Source of the DNA: Opitutaceae bacterium
Lineage (GTDB): Bacteria; Verrucomicrobiota; Verrucomicrobiia; Opitutales; Opitutaceae
Reading direction: 5' to 3'
Assembly (NCBI GenBank): GCA_035334485.1
Contig: DAOQKI010000002.1
Coordinates: 7,511 to 71,510 of the forward strand
Length of the DNA stretch: 64,000 bases
In this document: piece after piece, positions 1-8,602 of the stretch
How positions within the stretch are numbered: position 1 is the first letter of the stretch
Layout of the letters: each line of letters begins with the position of its first letter
The notes under the pieces: model-generated
Seen by the model: the letters and a program-made list of their open reading frames with translations, nothing else
Database searches by the model: none
Told to the model about the DNA's origin: nothing
Position numbers and translations under genes: made by a program

Positions 1-1
1 G

Positions 2-283
2 CCGAAGGAGTGCGGCCCGGTCGAGGAGGCCGCCTTCGCGGTCTACCAGCGGTGCGCCAGCGAACTGGGCCTGCCTCCCTTCTCGTGGATCCACGCCGGC
101 GGCGGCTCGGACGGCAACCTGCTCTCGGCCGCCGGCCTGCCGAATCTCGATGGACTAGGCGTGATCGGTGAGCACCTCCACAGCGACCGCGAGTGCTGCG
201 TCCTTCCCAGCCTCGTCGAGCGCGCCGAGCTCTGCGCCCGCTTCCTGACTCAACTGGCGACCGGTGCCGGCGTCCTGAAATAG
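2..283 (+). CDS. 3' fragment of an M20-family metallopeptidase (ArgE/DapE/carboxypeptidase G2-like), truncated by the window edge
   Basis: Frame 2 is open from the window edge to TAG 281-283: ...SWIHAGGGSDGNLLSAAGLPNLDGLGVIGEHLHSDRECCVLPSLVERAEL... The GG(S/T)D ... G.G..G...H...E C-terminal pattern recalls M20 peptidases. Family call rests on remembered motifs only. Confidence 0.5.
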   Translation, partial: PKECGPVEEAAFAVYQRCASELGLPPFSWIHAGGGSDGNLLSAAGLPNLDGLGVIGEHLHSDRECCVLPSLVERAELCARFLTQLATGAGVLK

Positions 284-310
284 GACCCGGGCGCCGCGCC
301 AAACGCGTCC

Positions 311-437
311 CGTCTTCGCGGTCTTCGCGCGCTTGGCGGTGACAGTGATCGGCGCCCTGATTGGTGAACCGCTAAGGCCGCTAAGGTCGCGAAGTCCGAG
401 CCGGTCTTCGTGGCCTTCGTGAGCTTCGTGGTGAACC
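311..437. repeat. CACGAAG/CTTAGCGG nested-hairpin element, copy A1 (inverted orientation, lacks one outer arm)
   Basis: CGTCTTCGCGGTCTTCGCGCGCTTGGCGGTGAC...GAACCGCTAAGGCCGCTAAGGTCGCGAAG...GGTCTTCGTGGCCTTCGTGAGCTTCGTGGTGAACC. Its reverse complement is collinear with copies A2 and A4. Confidence 0.85.
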
Positions 438-453
438 GGAATCGTCCGACTGA

Positions 454-1665
454 CTAACGGGCGAAGACCTGGGTGATCTCCTTGAGGCCGACGCCGAGTG
501 CGGCGTGGGCAATCTGGTCCAGCGCCGCCTCGTCGCCCTGCAGGTGGATCGTCTGGTGGACATGGCTCGCGCTGCCGCCGGGCGCGAGGGACAATGCCGG
601 GGAGGACGTCTCCAGTTCGTAGAAGTGTCCGAGGCCCTTCGCGCCGGTCGCGAGCGGGCCGTCGTTGTAGCTGTTCACGACGTCGCCGCTGAACGGGTGC
701 TCCTGGTGTTCCCACATCGAGTTCACGTAGTCCGTCGCGCCCTTGGGCAGCGTGTAGTGGACCAGCGTCAGCGTGTGGCTGGCGGCGTCGTAGCTGCCGA
801 GCAGCGACTTCGCGCGCCGCGGCGGAAAGCCGATCTTGCTGCGATGGTTGGCGTCGCCGCGGAAGAAGACGCGGCCGTCCTTAACCACGAGCCGCTCCGC
901 CGGGACCTTGCCAAAATACGTGTCGTTCACGACCGGGCCGCGCTCGGCCTCGCTGCCTGTCTCATAGGGAACCACGATCGTTGCCGTGGGCGAGGCGTTG
1001 AACATGCCGAGGATCCAGATCGAGAGGAGCCCGCTGGGTTTTTCCCACGCAGCCTTCCCGGTGTTGCGCACGGTGTTGGCCGATTCGAACGCCACGGCCC
1101 CCACGCCTGCCGGGAGCTTGAGGCCGAGGTCCTTCAGGGCGGCGTCCGCGGCGAGCAGGCGCAGGGACCGGGTGACCTCGAGTTCGAATTTCGTGCCCGA
1201 GTAGTTGGTCAGGTGGATCTCGCGCCGGCACACCACCTGGTCGGTCGTGGCGCTGACGACCTCGAACGGCTCGGTGTCGATCGCCGCCGGCGTGAACCAG
1301 TGGTCGAAGTCGAACTTCACCCCCGGCGCGAAGAAGATCGAGTACTGCCCGCCCTCGGGCCCGAGCCAGAACCGGTCCTCGCCGCCAAACACGTTGATGT
1401 GCGCCGCCACCTGGCCCGACGCGATGAGCTCGCGGTTCACCCAGCCGTAGCTGTCGCCGCCCGCCCCGCCCGCCGTGCTGGTCATGATCCGGCCCTGCCA
1501 GGCCGGGACGACGGCGACGCGCGCCCGGCCCGACGCGTCGGTGAGCTCGAGCACCTTCTGGTGCTGGCGCAGGAAGGCCACGTCGTCGCCAAAGGTGGCG
1601 GCGCGGGCCGGGGCGAGGAGAGCCGCGGCGGAGGCCGCGGCCAGGAGCAGGTGGGACAGTTTCAT
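454..1665 (-). CDS. secreted protein of unknown function (possibly DUF6786-type; family name unverified)
   Basis: 403-aa ORF with ATG at 1665-1663 and signal peptide MKLSHLLLAAASAAALLAPARA. GC3-rich codons. It lies 19 nt downstream of the GH172-like gene on the same strand. Confidence 0.75.
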   Translation of the reverse strand: MKLSHLLLAAASAAALLAPARAATFGDDVAFLRQHQKVLELTDASGRARVAVVPAWQGRIMTSTAGGAGGDSYGWVNRELIASGQVAAHINVFGGEDRFWLGPEGGQYSIFFAPGVKFDFDHWFTPAAIDTEPFEVVSATTDQVVCRREIHLTNYSGTKFELEVTRSLRLLAADAALKDLGLKLPAGVGAVAFESANTVRNTGKAAWEKPSGLLSIWILGMFNASPTATIVVPYETGSEAERGPVVNDTYFGKVPAERLVVKDGRVFFRGDANHRSKIGFPPRRAKSLLGSYDAASHTLTLVHYTLPKGATDYVNSMWEHQEHPFSGDVVNSYNDGPLATGAKGLGHFYELETSSPALSLAPGGSASHVHQTIHLQGDEAALDQIAHAALGVGLKEITQVFAR

Positions 1666-1684
1666 GGGGAAAGGCGGGCGCGGG

Positions 1685-2815
1685 TCACTTCACCGGGTCG
1701 GGCACCGCGGTCCAGTGGTCGATCGGCAGTCGCTCCGCCACGGGCGGCAGCGGCGGGAACTTCAGGTGCGGCTCAGTCTGGTACCAGTAGGCGACGGACG
1801 AGTAGTCGTCGCCGCGGTTGTTGTTCGTGCCGTGCTCGATCGAGACGCGGATCGACTGGTCGAAGGTCACCGGGTCCTCGAGGTGGAAGCGGTACATCGA
1901 GTGGCGGCCGGTGTAGTCCGGGTGGGCGTTACCTTTCCGCGAGTAGCCGAAGTACGGGAAATTGTACTCGCGGTTCAGGAGGTTGAAGTTCCACGCGCCG
2001 GCGAAGTAGTCCTCGAGCCCCGTGCCGTTGAGCGTCGGGCGAGCGTCACCGTCGATGGTCATCATGTCGTCGCCCTCTCCCCACCATCCGGTGGAGAGCG
2101 CCTGGATGTGCAGCACCACGCCGACGTAGTGGCCGCGGCCTTTGGCCTCCATGATCAGGTAGTTGTTCTTCCCGTCGACGTTGGGCGCCCCGTCGGTGGC
2201 CTTCGTGCGCTCACGGTGCCACCACGCGTGGAAGCGTCCCTGCCCCTCCGTCGCCTTGGCCGCCGCCGAGCCGGGAACGTAGCTCTCGTAGTCGACGTAG
2301 TAGTAGAACGCCCCGATGGGCTTCTCGCCCTGGTTCTCGATCTCGATCCGCGCCCCGCGCGAGAACGGCATCGGGAAGAAACAGTTCATGGCGCGGTCCG
2401 CGACCGCGAGCGGCGCGCTCGCCCAGTAGTTCGGCTCACCGAAGCCGAGGCCGAAGAAATCCCCGATCGGCGCCTCGATGCTCGGGTCGGCCTCGCCGTC
2501 CCAGTACGCACGCAGCACGATGCGACGCAGGTGGTACATCTCGGGCGACGAGATGGTCACCCAGATGTGGGTTACGGTCCCGGCGCCGCTGAGCTCGGCC
2601 AGCGTGGCCTTCTGGCCGGGGCCGATGCCCGAGAGATAATCGTGGTTGCCGCCGGTGCGGTCGTAACTCGACACGCGCCCGCGCTTCACGCCCTCGCGCA
2701 GGTTCGGCAGGTCGCGAAGCCCGCCAAGCGACGAGGCCGGGGACGGGGCGCCTTGGCCGAGGGCCGCGGCGGAGAGAAGCAATGCGCAGGACAGGGAAGC
2801 CAGCAGTCGTCTCAT
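1685..2815 (-). CDS. secreted DUF2961 / glycoside hydrolase family 172-like protein
   Basis: Track ORF is 1685..2863; I chose the ATG at 2815-2813 (MRRLLASLSCALLLSAAALGQG signal peptide). Blocks RVSSYDRTGGNHDY, THIWVT, LRAYWDGE, PIGDFFG, NCFFPMPF, GTGLEDYF, RFHLEDP, SSVAYWYQ match the DUF2961 signature as I know it. Paralogue at 38565..39647. Confidence 0.85.
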   Translation of the reverse strand: MRRLLASLSCALLLSAAALGQGAPSPASSLGGLRDLPNLREGVKRGRVSSYDRTGGNHDYLSGIGPGQKATLAELSGAGTVTHIWVTISSPEMYHLRRIVLRAYWDGEADPSIEAPIGDFFGLGFGEPNYWASAPLAVADRAMNCFFPMPFSRGARIEIENQGEKPIGAFYYYVDYESYVPGSAAAKATEGQGRFHAWWHRERTKATDGAPNVDGKNNYLIMEAKGRGHYVGVVLHIQALSTGWWGEGDDMMTIDGDARPTLNGTGLEDYFAGAWNFNLLNREYNFPYFGYSRKGNAHPDYTGRHSMYRFHLEDPVTFDQSIRVSIEHGTNNNRGDDYSSVAYWYQTEPHLKFPPLPPVAERLPIDHWTAVPDPVK

Positions 2816-2910
2816 GGCGCAGGGGTGCGGGGTGACAGCGGGGGAAGCCCCAGCCTGAACCACCCCGTCCGAGCGTCAACCCCCGCGTCACGCGAAGGCC
2901 GGCCGGGCCG

Positions 2911-4572
2911 TCACTGCGTGTTCGCGTCCCAGGGCTGGGTGGCGGGGCGCTCGTCCTTGTAGCGGACCTTGAAGGTCGGCTTGGACGCGGCGAGCTTCAG
3001 GAAGGTGTCGAGCGGGACAATCTCGGGCTTTTCCTCGAGGCCGTTCATGATGCTCATCACGCGCTTGATGCTGTTGGACTCGCGCACGTGGAGCAGCAGG
3101 AAGTACGGGCGGACCGGGTTGAGCCGGGCGAGCTCGTCGAGATCGGCGATGGCGCTGGCCTCGGGCCGGTGCTCGTCGAGGTAGTAGTCGTAGGACATGA
3201 ACGCCTGGCCGTTGCGGAGGTCGAAGGTGTGCGCCGCGGCGTAGCCGTTGATGAACCCGATCGTATCGGGGACGTTGGCGTAGTACTCGTCCACCACCCG
3301 CTTCGGCAGGTCGAAATAGCCGATCGGGATCCCGCGGTCGGTGTGGTCCATGATCGTCACCGTGTGCTCATCCATCAGCGGCATGAGCTCGTTCATCTCG
3401 CGCATCAGGCCCGGGAAGCGGTCCGCGGGCACCGCGGCCGGGTACATGTAGCCCGACTGGCCGCCGATGAAATAGTCGTTCGGCGTCTTGTCCTTGGAGA
3501 ACATCTCCATCGCCGCCGGGTACCACTTCGCGCCGTCGACGCCGACCTCCCAGTTGTACGGGATCTGGCCGCGTTCCGGCTGGGTCCACGCACCGATGCC
3601 CATGCTGTCGGACTGCACGAGGCAGATGTAGACCTTCTTTTCCGCCTGGACCTGGCTCTGGCGCGTGACGTGGTTGCTGTTGGTCAGCTTGAAGCCCGGC
3701 GAGAAGCCGATCTGGCTCATGAAGGTGCCGTTCGGAAACGTGTTCAGGCCGATGACCTTCAGGCCGAAGGTCGAGGTGAGCGTGACCCACTGGCCCTCGG
3801 TGTCCTTCGCGTAAGAGTGCCAGCCCATGATCCACGCCGTGGGCTTCATCTGCGCGAGGATCTCCTTGTGGAAGGCGAGCTCGGCGGTGTCGCGCGGGTT
3901 GGCGGACAGGTCGGTGACGAAGGCCCCGAACGCGATCGCGAGGTCGGCCACGCCCGGCTCCATCGTGTCGCCCGCGACGCCGCCCATCCAGATCAGGTAG
4001 TCGCGGCTGCAGCGGCTCCAGTATTCGTTGTAGGCCCAGCGGTAGATCTGCAGGTCGGTCTGGCCGGTGAACTTCCCGCGGAAATCGGCCAGCGGCTTCA
4101 GTCCGTGCTTCTCGGCCAGCGGGATGAGGCTCTCGTCCACCACGACGGCGCGGAGCACGCCGGCGGCGGTGAAGGCAACGTTGAGCGACGGCCGCACCTT
4201 CCGGTCCCAGACCACGTAGCCCTTCGCAAAGTGGCCGAGCTGGGCGAGCGCCGCCTCGGGCGTGGCGAGCCGCGTGAACTTGATCCCGTAGCGCTGGGCG
4301 TAGAAATCCTTCAGCGGGTTGAAGTCGTGGAAATGCCACGTCTCCGGGTACTCGATGTAGACCCGCGGCGCGTCGGTGTTGGCAAGACCCTGCAGGCCGA
4401 TCAGGAAGGCGTTCTCAGGCAGCGCGCCGGAGATCTTCCAGTCGTCCTTCACGGGGATAAGCCAGGCCTCCTTGGGGGCCGGGCCAGTCACGCCGGGCAC
4501 GGCACGGACCGCGGGCGCCAGCACCGCCACCGCGATCAGGAGCTGCAGGAATCGGGAGAGAGAGGATTTCAT
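2911..4572 (-). CDS. secreted GxGYxYP-domain protein (putative glycoside hydrolase), copy 1
   Basis: Track ORF is 2911..4713; ATG at 4572-4570 gives the signal peptide MKSSLSRFLQLLIAVAVLAPAVRA. The motif variant GGQSGYMYP is present. Long blocks are shared with the paralogue at 8603..10267 (KGYVVWDR, RCSRDY, DLSANP, DSMGIGAWT, IGFINGY, RPYFLLLH, FLKLAAS). Confidence 0.85.
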   Translation of the reverse strand: MKSSLSRFLQLLIAVAVLAPAVRAVPGVTGPAPKEAWLIPVKDDWKISGALPENAFLIGLQGLANTDAPRVYIEYPETWHFHDFNPLKDFYAQRYGIKFTRLATPEAALAQLGHFAKGYVVWDRKVRPSLNVAFTAAGVLRAVVVDESLIPLAEKHGLKPLADFRGKFTGQTDLQIYRWAYNEYWSRCSRDYLIWMGGVAGDTMEPGVADLAIAFGAFVTDLSANPRDTAELAFHKEILAQMKPTAWIMGWHSYAKDTEGQWVTLTSTFGLKVIGLNTFPNGTFMSQIGFSPGFKLTNSNHVTRQSQVQAEKKVYICLVQSDSMGIGAWTQPERGQIPYNWEVGVDGAKWYPAAMEMFSKDKTPNDYFIGGQSGYMYPAAVPADRFPGLMREMNELMPLMDEHTVTIMDHTDRGIPIGYFDLPKRVVDEYYANVPDTIGFINGYAAAHTFDLRNGQAFMSYDYYLDEHRPEASAIADLDELARLNPVRPYFLLLHVRESNSIKRVMSIMNGLEEKPEIVPLDTFLKLAASKPTFKVRYKDERPATQPWDANTQ

Positions 4573-4591
4573 GGCGAAGGGTGCGGCGGGA

Positions 4592-5125
4592 TTACTGGCG
4601 CGTGAAGACGTAGACCATGGCCTCGTCGCGCGTGGAGCGGAGCTCGTAGCACCGCAGCGTGCGGCCGTCGGCGGAGAGCCGGTACTCCTGGTAGAGATGC
4701 ACGGGATGATCACCCTGCTGCGCCTCGAGCTGGAGGTTGGTCTCGACCTTCAGCACGCGGCCGCCGTCGAGCCACTCGCCGCTCACCTGTTTCCGCCGGT
4801 CGCCGCCGAGGTAGACATTCGTGTACCACGTATCGAGCCAGTAGGTCGCCGGGTTGCTCGTCACCGTGCGGCCGTCGGTCTTGAGCGTCGTGACATCGTC
4901 GACCTTGCGGTCGGCGCCCCACGCGAGGTGGCGGGTGATCGTGACGGTCTCGCCTGCGACGGCGAAGGTCACGGTGAGATGATCCCACGGCCGGATCGGC
5001 GAGCTGCGGGCCACGTCGAGGGCCCAGGTGCCGGCCAGGCGCGACGGCGCGTCGGCGGCGGCGAGGCGGCTGCTGGCCGCGAACAGGATCAGGAGGAAGG
5101 CGAGTGCAGGTAGACGGAGGCGCAT
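4592..5125 (-). CDS. small secreted lipocalin-like beta-barrel protein, copy 1
   Basis: ATG at 5125-5123 (MRLRLPALAFLLILFAASSRLAAA signal peptide), followed by the GTWALD start typical of lipocalin-like domains. It ends 19 nt before the GxGYxYP gene. Paralogue at 10284..10850. Confidence 0.7.
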   Translation of the reverse strand: MRLRLPALAFLLILFAASSRLAAADAPSRLAGTWALDVARSSPIRPWDHLTVTFAVAGETVTITRHLAWGADRKVDDVTTLKTDGRTVTSNPATYWLDTWYTNVYLGGDRRKQVSGEWLDGGRVLKVETNLQLEAQQGDHPVHLYQEYRLSADGRTLRCYELRSTRDEAMVYVFTRQ

Positions 5126-5259
5126 GGCTGGGCGTTGGGCCAGCGCGACCTTCCACCGATCGCAGCGGCGACACAAGCCGGCCGACCAAATCCTCGATGA
5201 ACGTTCACCCGCCGACTCGCCTTGCGACCGCGCCGCGCGCGGCGATAATTTTCGCCATC

Positions 5260-5730
5260 ATGAACCGCTGGCTGGCCCTCCTCCTCTTCCTGGCCGCGTC
5301 CTTCACCGCGGCCGCCATCGGCGGCTACGCCACGGGCACCTCGGTGCAGACGTGGTATCCGCAGTTGGCCAAGCCGTCGTGGAATCCCCCGCCCTGGGTC
5401 TTCGCCCCGGTGTGGACGGTGCTCTACACAATGATGAGTGTGGCGGCGTGGCGCGTCTGGCTGCGGCGCGCGGAGCCGGGAGCCACGGGCGCGCTGGCGC
5501 TGTTTGGCGCGAGCCTCGTGCTCAACACGCTCTGGTCGCTGATCTTCTTCGGGGCCCGGAGCCCGGGCGGCGCCTTCGTCGAGGTGATCCTGTTCTGGGC
5601 GTGCCTCGTCGCGGTGCAGGCCCGGTTCTGGAAACTCGACCGGCCGGCCGGACTGCTGTGGCTGCCCTATCTCGCCTGGGTGAGCTTCGCCTCCGTGCTC
5701 AACGGCACCGTGTGGTGGCTCAACCGCTAG
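5260..5730 (+). CDS. tspO: tryptophan-rich sensory protein TspO/MBR family
   Basis: 157 aa from the ATG at 5260. Five hydrophobic segments and Trp-rich blocks (WYPQLAKPSWNPPPWVFAPVWTVLY, NTLWSLIFF, WLPYLAWVSFASVLN). An upstream ATG at 5197 is a less likely alternative. Confidence 0.85.
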   Translation: MNRWLALLLFLAASFTAAAIGGYATGTSVQTWYPQLAKPSWNPPPWVFAPVWTVLYTMMSVAAWRVWLRRAEPGATGALALFGASLVLNTLWSLIFFGARSPGGAFVEVILFWACLVAVQARFWKLDRPAGLLWLPYLAWVSFASVLNGTVWWLNR

Positions 5731-5742
5731 ACCTTTTCCGTC

Positions 5743-7422
5743 ATGAAATCCCTCGTTGTCCTCACCCTGCTGCCCCTGCTCGCGGCCGCCGCCACCGGGC
5801 CCGTCACGCCCGCCCAGCCCAGCTTGGAAAACGCCACGGCGCTGCCGGCGGTCGAGCGCGCGGCCGCCGGGCTGCCCGCCGGCGGATTCGTGCTGGCGGA
5901 GGTCGATGGCGACCGCGTCACGTACGCCAGCGCAGGTCACCCGGGACCGCGCGACGGCCTGACGCCGGAGAAGATCCTCTTTGAGATCGGCTCGATCACG
6001 AAGGTCTTCACGAGCCTGCTGCTCGCCGAGGCCGTGAACGAGGGCAAGGCGAAGCTCACGGACCCGATCGGAAAGTTCCTGCCGGCGGACGTGACGCTGA
6101 AGCCCGGGACCGCGGCCATCACCCTCGAGCAGCTGGCGACGCACACGTCGGGCCTGCCGGCGCTGCCGGCCAATTTCCGGCCGGCGAACCAGAACGACCC
6201 GTACGCCGACTACACAGTCGACCAGCTGTACGACTTCCTGCGCGCCTACCAGCCGGAGCACCCCGCGCCGCAACCGGCGTCCTACTCTAACGTGGGGGTC
6301 GGACTGCTCGGGCACCTGCTCGAACGCATCTACGGGAAGCCCTACGCCGAGCTCGTGGCGACCCGCATCGCCGGGCCGCTGGGTCTGACCGACACCGTGA
6401 TCGAACTCGACAGCGCGCAGGCCGATCGGTTCGCCCCGCCACACTCGGGCAGCTTTGCGATGAACCCGTGGCGGCTTCCGACGCTGGCGGGCGCGGGCGC
6501 GCTGCGCTCGACCGCGGCGGACCTGGCGCGCTTCGCCCAGGCGCTGATGGACCCGAAGGACCCGGCGCTCGCCGCGGCGTGGACGCTGGCCCGCCAGCCG
6601 CGCGCGGCCTTCGGCGCGACGGGCCACATCGGCCTGAACATCCTGATCGCCGAGCGGAACGGCGTGACGGTGTACAACCACAGCGGCGGCACGGGCGGCA
6701 CGCGTTCGTACCTCGAGTTCGTGCCGGAGCTGCACCGCGCCACGGTGCTGCTGGTCAACAACGACACGATCGAGCCGGCGCGGATCGTCGCCTCGGTCCG
6801 GCGCCCGCCCAGCCTGGCCGGCAAGGGCGGCGCGGCGCGCGCGGAGGAGCCGATCCCGGTGAAGCAGCTCACCGACTACGTGGGCGTCTATGCGATCGAC
6901 GGCCGCGGCCGGTTCACGTTCCTCCTCGACAACACCGGCCGCCTGCGGGGCCGGCTCACCGCCCAGGCCTTCCTGCCAGTCTTCTTTGCCGGCCACGACC
7001 GGTTCTTCCTGCGCGTGGTGGAGGCGGAGTACCAGTTCGAGCGCGACGCCGGCGGTCACGTGACCGCGGTGGTCCTGCACCAGAACGGCCGCGAGGTCCG
7101 GGCGACGCGGACCGAGGAGCCGGTGCCGACGGTGCGGTTCCTGACCACGGACGAGGCCCGCGACTATGAGGGCCGGTACGGCGAACACCCGCCCCTGCAG
7201 TTCGAGGTGAAGGCCCGCGGGGAGCAGGTTTACGCGAAACTGCTCGGCCAGGCCGCCTACCCGGTCTTCTGCGACCGGCCCGATCACTTCGCCTACGACA
7301 TCGTGCCGGCGGCGTTGACGTTTGAGCGCAACGCCCAGGGCGAGGTCACCGCGGTGGTGCTGCACCAGAACGGCCGCGACCAGCGCGCCGTCCGCCTGCC
7401 CGACCCGCCGGCCAAGCCGTAA
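5743..7422 (+). CDS. secreted serine hydrolase, beta-lactamase/PBP (class C-like) family, with two C-terminal repeat domains
   Basis: Signal peptide MKSLVVLTLLPLLAAAA and an S-x-x-K motif in FEIGSITKVF. Two internally similar C-terminal modules each end ...GHVTAVVLHQNGREVRA / ...GEVTAVVLHQNGRDQRA. Confidence 0.85.
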   Translation: MKSLVVLTLLPLLAAAATGPVTPAQPSLENATALPAVERAAAGLPAGGFVLAEVDGDRVTYASAGHPGPRDGLTPEKILFEIGSITKVFTSLLLAEAVNEGKAKLTDPIGKFLPADVTLKPGTAAITLEQLATHTSGLPALPANFRPANQNDPYADYTVDQLYDFLRAYQPEHPAPQPASYSNVGVGLLGHLLERIYGKPYAELVATRIAGPLGLTDTVIELDSAQADRFAPPHSGSFAMNPWRLPTLAGAGALRSTAADLARFAQALMDPKDPALAAAWTLARQPRAAFGATGHIGLNILIAERNGVTVYNHSGGTGGTRSYLEFVPELHRATVLLVNNDTIEPARIVASVRRPPSLAGKGGAARAEEPIPVKQLTDYVGVYAIDGRGRFTFLLDNTGRLRGRLTAQAFLPVFFAGHDRFFLRVVEAEYQFERDAGGHVTAVVLHQNGREVRATRTEEPVPTVRFLTTDEARDYEGRYGEHPPLQFEVKARGEQVYAKLLGQAAYPVFCDRPDHFAYDIVPAALTFERNAQGEVTAVVLHQNGRDQRAVRLPDPPAKP

Positions 7423-7431
7423 CCGCGGCGG

Positions 7432-8100
7432 TCAGGCGGAGCCGGTCAGATAGCCAAACACCGCGGCCCAGTGGCACGCGCTGCCGGCGAGCACCCACAG
7501 GTGCCAGACGGCATGGTGGTACGGCACGCGCTTCATCAGGTAGAACACCGCACCGCCCGTGTAGCAGAGGCCGCCGGCGAACAGCAGCCACAGCCCGCCG
7601 GCCGGGAGCGAGTGGATGAGCGGCCGGAACGCGATGATCACGAGCCAGCCCATGCCGATGTAGATCAGCGTGGACAGCAGCCGGAAACGGCCGGTGAACC
7701 AGAACTTCAGCGCCACGCCCACGGCCGCGAGCCCCCAGACGACGCCGAACAGGCTCCAACCCCACGGCCCGCGCAGGCTGATCAGGAGGAACGGCGTGTA
7801 GGTGCCCGCGATCAGCAGGAAAATCGCCGCGTGGTCGAACTTGCGCATCATCCGCTTGAGATCCTCCCGGCGGAAGCTGTGGTAGAGCGTCGACGTGGTG
7901 TAGAGCAGCACCAGGGTCGCGCCGAAGATCGCGGTGCTCGTGACCGCCCAGGCGTCCGAGCGCAGCGCCGAGTAGGTCACCATCAGGACCAAGCCGGCGA
8001 TGCTCAGCAGCAGGCCGATGCCATGAGTGAGGGCATTGGCCAGTTCCTCGCGGGGCGTGTACTGGGAGGCGGTTGTGGTCACGCTGGGACCCTGAATCAT
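7432..8100 (-). CDS. hemolysin III / PAQR family channel protein
   Basis: Track ORF is 7432..8331; ATG at 8100-8098 (MIQGPS...). The N-terminal block YTPREELANALTHGIGLLLS, 7 TM segments and HHAVWHLWVL match the HlyIII family. Confidence 0.85.
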   Translation of the reverse strand: MIQGPSVTTTASQYTPREELANALTHGIGLLLSIAGLVLMVTYSALRSDAWAVTSTAIFGATLVLLYTTSTLYHSFRREDLKRMMRKFDHAAIFLLIAGTYTPFLLISLRGPWGWSLFGVVWGLAAVGVALKFWFTGRFRLLSTLIYIGMGWLVIIAFRPLIHSLPAGGLWLLFAGGLCYTGGAVFYLMKRVPYHHAVWHLWVLAGSACHWAAVFGYLTGSA

Positions 8101-8167
8101 GGCACCGCCGCCCGCAAGTGTTGTCAGTGAACTCCGGCCTTCCCACACTCCTGCGCATTCCTTGTCC

Positions 8168-8575
8168 ATGAACCTTCGCCGCCTCGCCTTCTGCCTCGCC
8201 CTCGTCGCCGCCCTCGCCGTTCGCGCCGTTCGCGCCGAGGAGCCCAGCAAGCTGGAGCAGGCCAAGTCCGCCCTGAAGGAGGCTGCGTCCGACGCGGCCG
8301 ACGCCACCAAGCGCGCCGCGACGGCCACCAAGGACTGGTCGGTCCAGGCCTACGAGAAGACCGCCGACGGCACGCGCCACGCGGTCGAGGTCACCAAGGA
8401 GAAATCCAAGGAGGCCTTCGCCGCCACCAAGGAGGTCTCCGAGGAGACGGCGGCCAAGGTGAAGCAGAAGTCGATCGAGGTTGGGAAGGCCGTGGCGGAA
8501 AAATCCGAGGAGGCCGCGGCCGCCGTGAAGGCCAAGGCGCACGAGCTCACGTCGTCCAAGGACGAGAAGAAATAA
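8168..8575 (+). CDS. small secreted Ala/Lys/Glu-rich helical repeat protein (LEA/YtxH-like)
   Basis: ATG at 8168 with signal peptide MNLRRLAFCLALVAALAVRAVRA, followed by repetitive amphipathic KEA..TKE..AAKVK segments. Confidence 0.6.
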   Translation: MNLRRLAFCLALVAALAVRAVRAEEPSKLEQAKSALKEAASDAADATKRAATATKDWSVQAYEKTADGTRHAVEVTKEKSKEAFAATKEVSEETAAKVKQKSIEVGKAVAEKSEEAAAAVKAKAHELTSSKDEKK

Positions 8576-8602
8576 ACGGGTCCCGCCCTGGCCGCCACGC
8601 GG

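Noticed and set aside
155-715. ORFs translating the CACGAAG repeats into HEAHEGHE / TKDTKGTK / AKRAKTAKT peptides (also 18673..19236, 39742..40290, 47063..47464)
   Set aside because: The peptide periodicity simply mirrors a 9-nt DNA repeat arranged as an inverted repeat. The same element occurs in both orientations and in every frame context, so it is non-coding.
5089-7365. 758-aa minus-strand ORF antisense to tspO and the serine hydrolase, and the similar 753-aa ORF at 46368..48629
   Set aside because: The translations are Arg/Gly/Pro-rich with no motifs. The opposite-strand genes carry clear family signatures (Trp-rich TspO blocks, SxxK; His boxes). The 46368 ORF also reads straight through a repeat element.
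8168-8575. Ala/Lys/Glu-rich secreted protein considered as a possible novel stress or adhesin system with the divergent hemolysin-III gene
   Set aside because: It is a low-complexity helical protein of a common LEA/YtxH-like type. Divergent placement next to hlyIII is the only link, which is not enough for a functional claim.
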